A stretch of DNA of 63,158 nucleotides, the filler included, from Octopus bimaculoides (lineage: Eukaryota), in the NCBI RefSeq assembly GCF_001194135.2. It is 5 parts of 4 records of this genome, joined end to end, with 100 filler letters (N's around TTAATTAATTAA, not from the genome) between each part and the next. Parts side by side here need not be neighbours in the genome. Positions count along the whole stretch, not along the records: positions 45,640 to 58,828 come from NC_068982.1; positions 58,929 to 63,158 come from NW_026334994.1; 3 more parts are not named here. The stretch is one strand, 5' to 3'. Position 1 is the first letter of the stretch, and every line of letters begins with the position of its first letter. Position numbers and translations under genes: made by a program. The notes under the pieces were generated by a model. That model had not been told where the DNA came from, did not search any database, and saw only the letters and a list, made by a program, of their open reading frames with translations. This document shows, one piece after another, positions 47,674 through 61,300 of this stretch.

Positions 47674-49740
47674 AGGGCCTAAGATACAAGAAATAACACA
47701 AGACCAAATTACAAACACAAAAACAAGGTTAATGTCAGATCAAAAGAAATTAACATAAGCAAGATGTAACTTTTAAAAATTTCTATGAAAAATTCCACAT
47801 TAAGGAGACAGACAAGCAAAGGTAATTCGGTGGAAACCCCACACGAAGGCCCACGTTTGCTCTGTCATATCTGGGGCATCAAAAATACCATCTCCCAGTT
47901 TCTTTCCTCCTATTTTGTAAAGCATACCCAGGGTAGGCCCATTCGTCCTTGCTACCTACTCACTACATCTGTTTTTCATTAAACACACAAGAAGATAGCG
48001 TCTCTCTATCCTCAGTTTCTTAAAATGGTTCTTGAAAAAGTTGATGAGAGCTAGACCAGTGAATAAAATGCTTGTTTTCAAACTTTTCCACCAGTCCACC
48101 GCACAACTTCGGCCAAAATCCACCAGCCAGGGGAATATAAGCGACCTCTCCTTCTTAAGAAATGTGGAACATCAGTTTTCACTTCAGCCTTGGCCATTAG
48201 CTTGATTCATTCTACATGCGACAGCAAGGGTTCGACACAAACCTGCAAGTAGGTAATCCACTGACACTGTCGGCGTGCAAGAAGGAATTGTCGCCTTTGC
48301 GCACATTTCGAAGAGGTTTGGCTATTTGACACTTCCGTTCCAGTAGAGCTTGTCTCAAGCACGTAATTTCTCCTGAAGCACTTGCGTGCCTAAGACCATT
48401 GAAAGTTATATATAGTCTCAGATTTGTAAATTCTTTAAAAGAGACTATTCAGACTGTTTTCGTCAACGCCTAAAGTTCTTCGTAGGCCATTGCCATTCAC
48501 ACCCTCTACAAACCTTCTGTAGAATACAAAAAGTGTTTTCCCGCCGATCACCAGCTTGTAGAACGCTATGAATACATAGCAACATTCTAGATATCAAACA
48601 CTTAACCTCGGTTCGCGTTTGACACCATGATTGCAGCTCAAAGATTCCCACGTCATTTCACTTTTGTTTTCGTTATCGTTGCCGTTGCAGTAGTCAGTAT
48701 ATTTCAGCAGCTCAACAGCCTCAGTGAGTGTCTGCGTACCATCAGCGACGGCATCTCGAGACCACTGTGTCGTGGGTGTTGGTAACAGTTGAATTTGCTA
48801 ACCAGCAGAACCTGTTCCTTCCATAAGAAGCGAAAAGACAGGCAACGATACACAACCTAAGTAATGCAGGCATTAGCGACATCCGTTCGATTTTTCAAGA
48901 ACAATTTCCTCTTGACACTTTTTTTTAAATGTAATTTAAACACTGAATACATGCCGCTGTACATTGTAGCGAAACCGACTACTATAGGCCAGCTGCCAAA
49001 TAACGACAGTCGATCATGTCGAGCATTTTGAACTAATCTAAATTGACCAGTAAAACTCCAAAATCAAATCTATTCTCGACCTGCTCTCGGTGTAATGAAT
49101 GAAGTGAAGATTGTTGTGGATAGATCTGCTGGCGATGACAGATCTATCCACGACAGACTTCCCGACGACAGTCTTCAGTTGGCTGATTTTTGCTACATGT
49201 ATAGTACCTTGACTTTCTCCCTACTACTATCACCTGCATTTCTTCACTGTTGTCAAAAGGCATGATAGTTGGGATGCCTGTCAGGTTTTCAGATGCGACT
49301 AACATCTGCAATTCCAGCAATATTCCTGTTTTATTTAGTTGAGGAGTTTATCCCACTGTTCCTCTACCATTACTCTCGCACTTTCCTGATCTCGGTGGTG
49401 TTGAACATTACTAACTTTTACATCTGTCGCTATTTTGCCGTTGTTTAGAGGAAACGTAATAAATTCTTGGGGTATGAAAACACTTGTAACCACTGTTTTG
49501 GCCTCTATCTCGCTGTTTCAGGTTGCTCTTCCTCTTTCCAAGTATGTTATTGTACAGTACACATCTTACAGAATTTTTTTTGTTTTCAATCTGCGCAACT
49601 CTGAAGCACTGCAGTTTCTCTTCCCTTAATGCACTTGTCGTTCTCTTGTTTGTTTTGTTCACTTCTTCAGCTGTAAGTCTCATAACGTCAGATCAAGTTA
49701 TATCACCTTTGAATTCTGTCCACTGGGTTATGACTGACGC
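47660..49740 (-). mobile_element. Heavily degraded, internally deleted L1/Tx1-like LINE (ORF1 knuckle remnant, RT motifs, ORF2 C-terminus, 3' UTR)
   Basis: Minus strand: VIVVGRKSRYYTCSKISQLKT (decayed knuckle), LVNLD*FKMLDMIDCRYLAA (LDxxKAFDRVDH-like), GLALINFFKNHFKKLRIER (C-terminus). Confidence 0.6.
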
Positions 49741-50479
49741 AAACGAATTTTGTTTTTGTTTTTGTCTTAGGCATCAATCCCTGTTGTTGTCGTCGTCGTT
49801 GTTGTTGTCGTCGTCGTTGTTGTTGTTTTAGTTATTGTTCGTTTCGTTGCTGTCGTCATTATAGTTGTTAATCCTTTTGTCAGTAACTTTGAACGTTACG
49901 CAGCAGTAACTAAAAGAAAAGCCCAGTCGCCTTTATTTCTCTGCCTTTCTCCTTCTTTTTTCCTAGTATACTCCCTTCAACTCCCCTTTTGACACATTTC
50001 TCACTGGCGAATATCATTATGCCTAATCAGTTTAACAGGGTTATGAACCTAACGTCCCATGACGCTGTCTGCTGGCATGGACTTGCGTCTCCAGGTGCCA
50101 GAATAGCCCATCCATACCGGACTTGTCTGGGTTAATTTTTACCCCCAGTTAACGATTCCTATTCATTAAAAAAAAAACTACAACACTTCGGCACCATTAC
50201 GGTGGCAGTGTCTGCATATGCTGACACGGCTCTCCTTCACCCCAGTTCCAACGAGGTGTCCCTCAAATCGTTAATTTTCTGTAATGTGGCTTCAGAGTCA
50301 ATAAATATAGGATGGACGGAAGAGGGCACACTTGCCACAAATACGTAATTCGAAAAGGCTCCAGTAGTAAGTCATTTACTCTGAATACTCAACATATGCA
50401 CACTGAACTCAGAATGTAATGAATCAGGAAAAATACTGCTAGGCATTTTGTCGGACGCATTAACGATTCTGCCACCGCT

Positions 50480-51070
<591 letters not shown>

Positions 51071-51121
51071 AATGATAACAAGAACAATAATAATAATAAC
51101 AACAACAACAATAACAACAAC

Positions 51122-51171
<50 letters not shown>

Positions 51172-51175
<4 letters not shown>

Positions 51176-51620
51176 TTTGGCACAATGCCAGTAATTTCGA
51201 GAGGTGTGATAAGTCGATTATATCGAGCCCAGTGCTCAACTGATACCTATTTTATAGACCCTGAGAAATGAAAGGCAAAGTCGATCTCGGCGCTATTTGA
51301 ACTCAGAACATAAAGACGGACGAAACGACGCTAAGCATTTTGCCTGGTGTGCTAACGATTCTGCCAGCTCGCCGCCTTACTAATACTAATAATAATAATA
51401 ATCCTTTCTATTAGAGGCACAAGGCCTCAAATTTGTGGGGAGGGGACTAGTCGATTACATCTACCCCAATGTTCCACTGCTACTTAATTTATCGACCCCG
51501 AAAGGATCAAAAGCAAACTCGACCACGGCAGAAATTGAACTCGAAACTTAATGACGGGCGAAACACCGCTAAGCATTTCAGCCGGCGTGCTAACGATTCT
51601 GCCAGCTCACTGCCTTAACT
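51172..51620 (-). mobile_element. Two tandem SINE family C copies in (AAT)n tracts
   Basis: Copies at about 51172-51378 and 51403-51615. Confidence 0.85.
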
Positions 51621-51639
51621 AATAATAATAATACTAATA

Positions 51640-51689
<50 letters not shown>

Positions 51690-51694
<5 letters not shown>

Positions 51695-52790
51695 CTTTAT
51701 CAAGCACGGGTTTACATATTAAGAAAAACATTATGGACAAAATAAAGAATGTGTGTGTATGCGTATTGTGAAGGTTTTGCGTGTAAACAAGTCTAACAAA
51801 TTTTTTTTTTTTTAAGTGGGAGAGGAAAGAAATCAACTATGTGTAATCCGCAATAGGGAGGAGACGGTCGAGGGCTGCTCATGGAAAAACCCCATAAAAA
51901 AACTCATGGGCACCCTGACTTTGGGGTCAGGTGTCTTTTTCCCTTTCCTTTTTTCCAACTACAGGTGTATGTTCAAGANNNNNNNNNNNNNNNNNNNNNN
52001 NNNNNNNNNNNNNNNNNNNNNNNNNNNNNNNNNNNNNNNNNNNNNNNNNNNNNNNNNNNNNNNNNNNNNNNNNNNNNNNNNNNNNNNNNNNNNNNNNNNN
52101 NNNNNNNNNNNNNNNNNNNNNNNNNNNNNNNNNNNNNNNNNNNNNNNNNNNNNNNNNNNNNNNNNNNNNNNNNNNNNNNNNNNNNNNNNNNNNNNNNNNN
52201 NNNNNNNNNNNNNNNNNNNNNNNNNNNNNNNNNNNNNNNNNNNNNNNNNNNNNNNNNNNNNNNNNNNNNNNNNNNNNNNNNNNNNNNNNNNNNNNNNNNN
52301 NNNNNNNNNNNNNNNNNNNNNNNNNNNNNNNNNNNNNNNNNNNNNNNNNNNNNNNNNNNNNNNNNNNNNNNNNNNNNNNNNNNNNNNNNNNNNNNNNNNN
52401 NNNNNNNNNNNNNNNNNNNNNNNNNNNNNNNNNNNNNNNNNNNNNNNNNNNNNNNNNNNNNNNNNNNNNNNNNNNNNNNNNNNNNNNNNNNNNNNNNNNN
52501 NNNNNNNNNNNNNNNNNNNNNNNNTCTCGATTAGGCAAATCTCCCCGGTAGCACTGCCGGGCCAGAGATTTTTAGACATTATCCATTGGTCTCGCCCCGA
52601 AAGTTCTCCGGAAAAGAGCGACTAGCTGATCTTCTTCGACGCCCAAGGTCTCCCCAAGACGTCGTCGCACTTTTCCTCCACTAATCTTCTATAAAAAGTT
52701 AAAGTAGACGTTCCACCTATCGCACTGTCTGATTGGTTGAGGGCTGTGAGCGCTTGAAGACATTCCACTTTCCAAATGCTTCCACTCGGT
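51690..52790 (-). mobile_element. L1/Tx1-like LINE 3' fragment spanning a gap (ORF2 C-terminal region, stop at 51959, tail ..GATAAAGAAAT(CAT)n)
   Basis: Minus-strand FYRRLVEE..RRTFG..MDN..KSLARQCYRG.LP peptide is typical of the region before the L1/Tx1 zinc finger. Confidence 0.7.
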
Positions 52791-52799
52791 CTCTGTTTT

Positions 52800-53095
52800 A
52801 CCCAGGACTGCAGTAATGTTAATAATGGCTAATTGGATAAAAGCCAAGAGAGACAAAACTCAGGTAGATTCCCACTGTAGGTAATGTAAATCAGAAGAGG
52901 AAAGTGTTACTCATATAGTTAGTGAATGTAGTATGCTGGCACAGATAAGAATACAAGACAAGACATGACAATTAGGGACAGCCAGGATAGTTAAGAAGAT
53001 TCTTGGCATCTAAAGTTACTTGTAGCCCGAGGTTAGGAATTTTTCTTTTACAACAGTTTAATCTGTTGTGCGTATATGAAAAAATAATAATAATC
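52800..53095 (+). mobile_element. Internally deleted R4/Dong-like (restriction-like endonuclease) LINE 3' fragment
   Basis: CR*CKSEEESVTHIVSECSMLAQ..EYKTRHDN CCHC motif; ends in (AAT)n. Confidence 0.65.
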
Positions 53096-53408
53096 TCTCA
53101 TTAGCCACAAGAGGCTTTAAATACATAGAAATAATTCATTATAGAAAAATGTACGGTTATATAAAAAGCATGGAAATAAGGAAAGATGTAACGATTTACC
53201 TGCCATTACCTCCGCCCACTCCTCTGAACGTTTTCTAGATCTAATAATGTTCTGCTTTTTTACTCGTAACATTTACAATTGCTCACTCTCTTCTCTGATA
53301 CTTGTCATTTTTTCTTTCTCCTCCATTACCTCTTCTTCCTCTTCCCTTTCACCAGTCCCTTTCACCAGCTAAAAAGTCATTATTTGTAACGTTTCCTTTT
53401 CTCTGCAG

Positions 53409-53587
53409 GTATAAGCAAGGACTTGCAGAGCCAAGTTTCCCAAATTCGATACATCAATGATTTTGAGGGTGATGGAGACAAATGGGTGTATAAGATCTCT
53501 ATCGAAGGAATGCCAGAAGCGAAAATTTACCCCTTCAAATTCGATGAATCTTATTCATCCACTGATTTCTTTGGTTCGCCTTTCACA
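53409..53587 (+). CDS. FABP/iLBP-family protein, exon 2 (GISKDLQSQVSQIRYINDFEGDGDKWVYKISIEGMPEAKIYPFKFDESYSSTDFFGSPFT)
   Basis: Polypyrimidine tract plus TGCAG acceptor; 179 nt, phase 1 to 0; ACA|GTAAGA donor. In frame with exon 1, with dGdkw and F.F.E.y FABP-like motifs. Confidence 0.88.
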
Positions 53588-54742
53588 GTAAGAACACATT
53601 TAATTCTTAAAACTTTTTGTCAAAAGCCACACTTAACTTTCATTATTGCAAGCTAAGAAAATACATATTAACTTTACTATTTCCCCGTTGGTTATAGCAT
53701 ATTAGAGCAACTACAAGAGCCAATGCTGAGCATGTTTTGGTCTTATTGGAATCTCTCCATTGTAGTATAGACGTTTGTGTAGCTGTCATAGAGAAACTCT
53801 AAGTAAATGCACAATAAAATACACTGGTTGGCAAATAGAGTTATTCAGAGCAAAAATTACTCGGAAACGTTCTTAAAGAAGTTTGACGTCTTATTAGATA
53901 CGATCAAATGCGGTTAATATTAAGAATAATGAAGGATTGAAAGATTAGGTGATAGAAAATTCGAAATGGAAGAAATATACAAAAAGAAATGACTGAAACC
54001 AGAAAAAAAAAGATGAACTTACTGAATATGTTGATAAAGATTTTAAACTCCTATTAGACTGCTTTGGTTTTAAATTACAGTTGGAATGATAACAAAGTAC
54101 TAAGAGAAGTACTATTATATATTACCTGGTCATGTTTAATAAACAGAAACGAACAAACACTATGGTATTAGATAGCTTCAAATTAATCAGTGCCTCTATT
54201 TAAAAAAAAGCACCTCCTTTCATCCTATTTACTTTTTGAGTAGATGCTGAATCTCTTATGATTAGAATGAGTAGAACATTTTGTTATCAAAGAGCAGAAA
54301 CATGACTGATGGTGCATCAAAGTCCAATATCATTTCGTTATATAAATCCACGCCATCTTTAGTTGTTTCCATAAAAATGTAACATGATGGAAGGTCATTC
54401 GTCCACGTAAATATCTAAAACGAAGTACATGTTTGATGGGACAGTATAATAAAATTAGGGTAAGAGACGGTTGCACAAAATTAGCTTCTGCTTGATTAAA
54501 ATAATTTGGAGTGTGCTGAGGAGATGAAAAACATGGGAAGGGTACGCTGAGCTACATAAAGTTGAGGCCCTCTGTTTTAGTTATGATATATCTATCAGTG
54601 TTCATTTTCAGTGCGTGGTTTTGCAAAACATGATCTACCCATGAGTTTATTATCAGTGTGTGGTATTGTTATGTATAATCTCTGTGTCCATTAGCAGTGT
54701 GTGGCATCGTCTGATAGAATTTTCGTATCTGTTTCTCTTTAG

Positions 54743-54853
54743 TGTGTGGTGACGAAACTTGCTGACAACAAAATACAGGAGACTATTACCCAATCGGCTG
54801 GCCAAAATATGGTCGTAGTCAAAACGATCGAGAATGATAGTAACATGAGTACC
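54743..54853 (+). CDS. FABP/iLBP-family protein, exon 3 (CVVTKLADNKIQETITQSAGQNMVVVKTIENDSNMST)
   Basis: TTTCTCTTTAG acceptor; 111 nt, phase 0/0; ACC|GTAAGT donor. Too short for the ORF track; beta-strand pattern fits FABP exon 3. Confidence 0.85.
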
Positions 54854-55833
54854 GTAAGTAATATGACTGGAATATTATATCATTGTTTGGGTTATTGATT
54901 TAGAGTCAGTTAATTACTTCATTTATGAATTAGTTAATTAATTAGATTTAATTAGTTTTAATTAACTGCTTTGTCAGTTGATTTGTTAACAAGTAATAGA
55001 TAATGATTTACCATGTTAGAAAATTATTTTTTAGTTAATTAATGAAGTCGTTAGTTAATTAATAAGTTAATTAACTGCGTAGCTTGTTAGTTCTTGTTAG
55101 CTAACTCGGCAACTAGAAAACTTGTTAATTACGTACTAACTTGGTTTATTATTCAAATAATTAGTCGATTTATAAGTTAGCTAATTAGTTAGAAACTAAT
55201 AAGAAAAGTAGTTAATTAGCTACTCAAAAAGTTGGCTACTTAATGAGTTAGATAAGTAGTTATACATGTGTAATTACAGACAGAAATTAACTATTAACGT
55301 AAGTTACCAACTAAGTTGATTTAGTTAGCGGGTTAGTGTTGTAGTGGTAGAAACACGGTCAGAGCGCTGTTTTGTATCACTCAGACGTTATCTATTAAAC
55401 AAGGGCAGTAAACACAAACACGTTAAGTGCGTAGTTATGAAGTGAGCAGCATCTTGCACGTTGGAGAGAACTACTACTCAATTAATTCTTGAAAACAATT
55501 AATTCTTGAAAATGTACCGTGTAGCTACAGAATTGCAAGGAGGATCTACTTCAACAAGGAACCGGTAAATAAGTTTTCTGCACATCGACAAAATGTTATA
55601 CATGGGCATATTGCCTGGAAACTGAGAACGACATCAATATTAACAGGATGTGTATTCTCTGTTAATCACAAATAAAAGTTACATACCACATTTCGAAGCT
55701 TAAGATTTTGTAATCCAAGAGAAAAAGAGAAAAACCCTTTGAACAAAAAAAAGATCAGTGAAGCCCTTAAACAGACAAATGTGAACGAAAATATCGATTA
55801 TATTTCATGCAAAGGATAGACAATGTGTATATA

Positions 55834-56070
55834 GGCGCAAGCGTGGCTGTGTGTGGTAAGAAGTTTGCTTCCCAACCACATGCTTCTGGGTTCAGTCCCA
55901 GTGCCTGGCACCTTGGGCAAGTGCCTTCTACTATAGCCTCAGGCCTACCAAAGCCTTGTAAGTGGATTTGGTAGGCGGAAACTGAAAAAAGCCCGTCGTG
56001 TGTGTGTGTGTGTCCGTGTCTTTATGTCCGTGTCTTTATGTCCATGTTTGTCCCCCACAACCGCTTGACA
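55834..56070 (+). mobile_element. CORE-type SINE family B, 3'-truncated
   Basis: Head GGCGCAAGCGTGGCTGTG..; joins the DNA transposon at CTTGACA|GTTGACA. Confidence 0.85.
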
Positions 56071-56571
56071 GTTGACATTTCCGTAGCAGGAGATTATTCT
56101 TTCTCCAAAGTACTGCCGTAACAACTGTATTGTTTCTCTTGCAGTATGAGCAAGTTGCCCCATCTTGCTGGAACCATGTGTGAGGTCTACTTTGAATGGC
56201 CTTCACGTTCCCCAGACTTGACTAGCCTGGATTTTTTCTTGTGGGGATACCTGAAAGAGATGGTTTATGTCAACAAACCGGAGACCCTCATGCAAATGAA
56301 GAACATCAATAGAAATATTAGAGAAATGGGATCTGAAACTCTTAAGGGTATTATGGTGCAAGCTTTGGAAAGAGCACGGCGTTACGAAGCCGAAAATGGT
56401 TGCCATTTAAGCGATGTCAATTTTCATTTGATGTAGTGATGATGCAAAATTTGACATGCATATTAATTTCCATTATATCCTTTATATTGCATCAAAATTT
56501 CATGCATTTATTTGTTAAGTTAAGAAAGTTATTAAAAATTAAAACCCATAAGTGACTTTTGGGACATCCTG
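56071..56571. mobile_element. Second copy of the fold-back Tc1/mariner (rosa-like) derivative, opposite orientation, one end lost
   Basis: Same internal inversion junction as 28381-29146; ends GTGACTTTTGGGACATCCTG followed by TA. Confidence 0.85.
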
Positions 56572-57317
56572 TATAATACCGTCTATAGAAAGAATTTGGG
56601 TTAAATATCAAAATAAGTATACCTCACATTGAGCACATCCAAACTTAACAGCGCCAGAGATATAACAAAGTACAGGGTGAGCCAAAAGTCATGCACCGAG
56701 ATTAAAACTCAATATATATTACATATTTCGAAAACAATTATTATTGTCAGTTCACAATATTAATTGCCATAATTCTGCATTGTATTTAACTGAGAATAGA
56801 TACTCAAATCATTAAGTGAGCTAAAAAAAGAAAATGTCATCTTCCCTTCGTAGCTCCTTAATAAGCAAAGGCTATATGCATTGTTAGATTGACTTTCCCT
56901 GAGCGTGCAGCTCTCTTCGTGAGCCTAGAGTAGCTGGGTTGACCTACTTAAAAACTTGGTGAAGAAATACTTATCATACCAGCAGTAAGTTATACATAGC
57001 AGCATATCCCGAAAGATGGGGAATATCGAAAACACTGACAGGATTTCTAGCCACTCCTGGACGTACAACGGATACATCCTCACTTGGAAGGCCATGCCCT
57101 TGCTATTTAGGAGCGGGAGATAGCTATTAAGTCTCTGATCAGTAAGAGACAATCGTCGGAGAGGAGCAGTCGACTATATAAGTTGTACTGGATGGCATTC
57201 ATCGGCATACATACATACATACATGCATACATACATACATACATACATACATACATACATACATACATACATACATGCAAACATATATGTTTACACTCAT
57301 GTATACATATATATATA

Positions 57318-58626
57318 TCAGGTCATCCTATAAGTTCTGTCCGAATTTTGAATAAAGAAAACAAGTGATCAAATGTTATATTTAACTGAAATTTAATCAT
57401 CAATGTACTTTCCCTGGTTATCTATGACTTCCTTCCATCTATTTACAAGCTTTTTAATCCCATCAATGTAAAACTCTTTTGGCTTCAAANNNNNNNNNNN
57501 NNNNNNNNNNNNNNNNNNNNNNNNNNNNNNNNNNNNNNNNNNNNNNNNNNNNNNNNNNNNNNNNNNNNNNNNNNNNNNNNNNNNNNNNNNNNNNNNNNNN
57601 NNNNNNNNNNNNNNNNNNNNNNNNNNNNNNNNNNNNNNNNNNNNNNNNNNNNNNNNNNNNNNNNNNNNNNNNNNNNNNNNNNNNNNNNNNNNNNNNNNNN
57701 NNNNNNNNNNNNNNNNNNNNNNNNNNNNNNNNNNNNNNNNNNNNNNNNNNNNNNNNNNNNNNNNNNNNNNNNNNNNNNNNNNNNNNNNNNNNNNNNNNNN
57801 NNNNNNNNNNNNNNNNNNNNNNNNNNNNNNNNNNNNNNNNNNNNNNNNNNNNNNNNNNNNNNNNNNNNNNNNNNNNNNNNNNNNNNNNNNNNNNNNNNNN
57901 NNNNNNNNNNNNNNNNNNNNNNNNNNNNNNNNNNNNNNNNNNNNNNNNNNNNNNNNNNNNNNACGACGTTTAACATTTCGATAGAAGATCCATTTTTTGT
58001 CATCAGTCACAAGTCTATCTAAAAAGGGTGAAATGAGTTCGCGAGAATGGAGAGAAGAGAAGATGTCAACTCGGGATTTGCGATTGCTTTCGGACAATTC
58101 ATGAGGCACCCATTTTTTATGTTTAGGAACCTTTCCAAGTTGTTGAAGATGACGATGAACAGTTGTATGGTTTGAACTAAGCTTTATTGCCAATTCTTCA
58201 ACTGATAATGCAGGATTTTCTTCCAGTAATGCCTCAAGGCATCAAACTCAACTGGACGTTCGATCTTCATCTTCAAGGCTGAAATCTCCACTTCTGAATT
58301 TTGCAAACCATCTTCTGCAAGTTCTTTCATTCAAGCATTCTTTCCCATAAACTGAGTGTATGTTTCGAATAGCTTTGACTGCAGAGTTTCCTTTTCTGTT
58401 CTCATAAAGCATTATGTGCCTCAAATGCTCTTTGGATACTTCCATGTTAGAAAGGGTTTTAATCAAAGAAATTTTAATTCTATTATTCTGTGAAATATTT
58501 AATTAGTTTAAATGTACACAAAGGCATAAAAATAATTTTTAATTCCATTAGACATTCTAAAATACTATTAAATTTCACTCAATTTTAAAAAAGGTAAAAT
58601 CGGACAGAACTTATGGTATGACCTGA
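57318..58626 (-). mobile_element. Near full-length mariner transposon (SETMAR/Mos1-like), frameshifted, centre in a gap; lies in FABP intron 3
   Basis: TA-flanked TIRs TCAGGTCAT(C/A)C(T/C)ATAAGTTCTGTCCGA; about 1.31 kb; peptides WFAKFRSGDFSLEDE, WVPHELS, FLDRLVTDDKKW, GIKKLVNRW. Confidence 0.92.
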
Positions 58627-58767
58627 TATATACATCCTATACACAGCTATACACGTACATGGACGCGCCTGCATTCATACACCCACACACACATACATTA
58701 TACATACATACACATGACTATAAAACGTTTTCATAATTTTTTTCCTTAATTATCTTTTCTGTTTCAG

Positions 58768-58818
58768 GTAACAACAGCTGGGGGTGTGACATGTGTAATA
58801 AAGTTTACAAAAATGTGA
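58768..58818 (+). CDS. FABP/iLBP-family protein, terminal exon 4 (VTTAGGVTCVIKFTKM*)
   Basis: CTTTTCTGTTTCAG acceptor; 51 nt ending in TGA. Matches the FABP C-terminal T.ggV.c...y.r pattern. Total protein 140 aa. Confidence 0.85.
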   Translation, partial: VTTAGGVTCVIKFTKM

Positions 58819-59252
58819 AAATTCTAATNNNNNNNNNNNNNNNNNNNNNNNNNNNNNNNNNNNNNNNNNNNNTTAATTAATTAANNNNNNNNNNNNNNNN
58901 NNNNNNNNNNNNNNNNNNNNNNNNNNNNGTCTATACGTTATATATATATACGTAGGTAGGTTAGTATATAATCTTTAGTCATACGGCTGCTACTGCATAT
59001 CATTGACAGGGCCCAAGAAAGTTGAAATGCATCTGGCATTCTCTATATCTGCTGCTGGGTCGATCTTTCATTATCCTCTAATATATATTATTTTTGATAA
59101 AGCAGTGGGAAAAGCAGCTCCTCTAGGAGAAAGATACTCCGGAATAAAACTTGCAGCCAAAATACTACTGGTCATCTTGCAATGCTCATCACTGGAACTA
59201 TACTTACACCTATTGTTCTACACATATAAATATCATTTATATGGTATTAGTT

Positions 59253-59470
59253 GAGGCGGCAAACTGGCAGAACCGTTAGCATGCTGAACATAATGTCTAG
59301 TGTAATTCTGTCTGTCTTATGCTCTGAGCTCAAATTTCACCATGGGTGACTTTGCTTTTCATCCTTTTGGAGTCAATAGAATAAGTACCAGTCAAGTGCT
59401 GGGGTCAGTGTAATCAAATAATCCCATCTCACCAAATTTAAGACCTTGTGCTTATCCTAGAAAGGATTTA
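59253..59470 (+). mobile_element. SINE family C copy, CpG-decayed
   Basis: Aligns to the family consensus with CG to TG/CA changes at nearly every CpG. Confidence 0.8.
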
Positions 59471-60129
59471 TATGTTATTAGTTATAGCTTAAAAACAATT
59501 GTCTAGGCACCACTTCTTTGCAAGATCATTATGTGAAGGTGATAAAAACCTGAATATTTTAAACTTGAATGAGTGTTAAACCAAAAATAGATTGATTTTT
59601 GTCTGTCAAATAAAATGAATATTGTCATGTAAGTTAAACTGTTTAATGGAAAATGTCTGATTTAACCTATGTTCAACCAAAAATAGATCTTTTTTTTTCT
59701 ATCAATTAAACAAATAATGCATACAAAGTTTTATAAGAAGGTACTGTATTTTCATGATCGCTGGCTTCAAACTAATGTGAGGCAGAACATAAAAAGTTTA
59801 GTATACAACTAACTACTAGTTGTTTTTACATCTTTGATCAAGTGTTGTAATTTAATTTTCCTAATTGGTGCTATTTTATATGAAGTAAATACTATTAATA
59901 TACATTGTTACCTTTGAAAATGCTTACTAATAACTCTGGGAAGCAGTTTTGTGAGAAAATTGTTTGCAATTCATTATATAGAATGCTACAACACCCGAAC
60001 TACAATGTGTTCGTCACTAAAACCCTGACCTTGTGTTTATAAGACACAGACTAGTTTTGTAGATTTTTTTTTTTTTTTTTTTTTACAAAAATGTGCACTC
60101 TGTAAGCAGCCAAATGCAGTAATATTGCT

Positions 60130-60650
60130 TTCAAACTTTGGTACGAGGTCAGCAATTTCAGGAGAAGTGGAAAGTCAATTATATCAACTCCACAATGCAT
60201 TTGAAGATGGACAAAATGGTGCTAAGCATTTTGCCCAGCGTACTAACAGATTTTTTAAAACTTGTTTCAGCCATTTGACTGCGGCCATGAAGGGTTTTAG
60301 TCAAACAAATTGACACCAGGACTTATGTCTTATGACTAGTACTTATTCTATCATTCACTTTTGCCGAACTGCTAAGTTACAGGGATGTAAACACACCAAC
60401 ACCAGTTGTCAAACAGTGATGGTGGGGAGCAAACACCGACACAAAGATACACACACACACACATAGATATATATATACATACATACACGACTAGTTTCTT
60501 TCAGCTTCCATCTACCAAATCCACTCACAAGGTTTTGGTTGGCCCAAGAATCTAGTAGAAGACATTTGCCCAGGGTGCCACACAGTGGGACTGAACCCAG
60601 GACCATGTGGTTGGGAAGCAAGCTTCTTACCACACAGCCACACCTGCATC
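60130..60650 (-). mobile_element. Adjacent SINE family C fragment (about 60130-60260) and full family B copy (about 60262-60650), CpG-decayed
   Basis: Reverse complement of the family motifs. Confidence 0.8.
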
Positions 60651-61029
60651 TGTGCCAAAATTTGAAACCAGTATTTGCTTAATCAACAGAGGCAAACAGA
60701 AATGCAATGTAACACTCAGTATTGATTCCAGGCAAAGTAGAATAATTTCTATATTTGGGACATTATATTTAATTTATTCTGGAGTTGAACTCATGGTATG
60801 GGGGATTGATGGCTTTACTTTACATATGCTGTGCATTAAACATGAAAGTCAGTAGTGAAAATTTTGCATGCCTCACATCCAAAAAGTAGCCATTTACTAA
60901 ATTTATACACTGAATTCAATGCATTAAGTTAGCATTTTTATAATGCACTGAGATAAACACTCACTTTCCACGTTTAATAATTGCTAGCTATTGTTTCAGT
61001 CTGGGTTGGCATTGCCTGTGTGCATGGTG

Positions 61030-61077
<48 letters not shown>

Positions 61078-61124
61078 TAGCAGAAATACCTGGCATTGCT
61101 CTGGATTAAAATGGCATTGTTTTT

Positions 61125-61300
61125 TATTGTTAATTCTTTCAGTCATGTGACTGTGGCCATGCTGGAGCACCACTTTTAGTCAAACAAATTGAACCTAGGA
61201 TTTATTCTTTATAAGCCTAGTACTTATTCTATCGGTGTCTTTTGTTGAACCACTAAGTTATGGGGACATAAACACACCAATATCGGTTGTGAAGCAATGG
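61125..61300 (-). mobile_element. SINE family B, 3' half
   Basis: gtcatgtgactgtggccatgctggagcacc..ctaagttatggggacataaacacacc. Confidence 0.75.

Noticed and set aside
59003-59254. 83-aa ORF just downstream of FABP exon 4
   Set aside because: No recognisable family, no convincing donor, and it lies beyond an artificial join.
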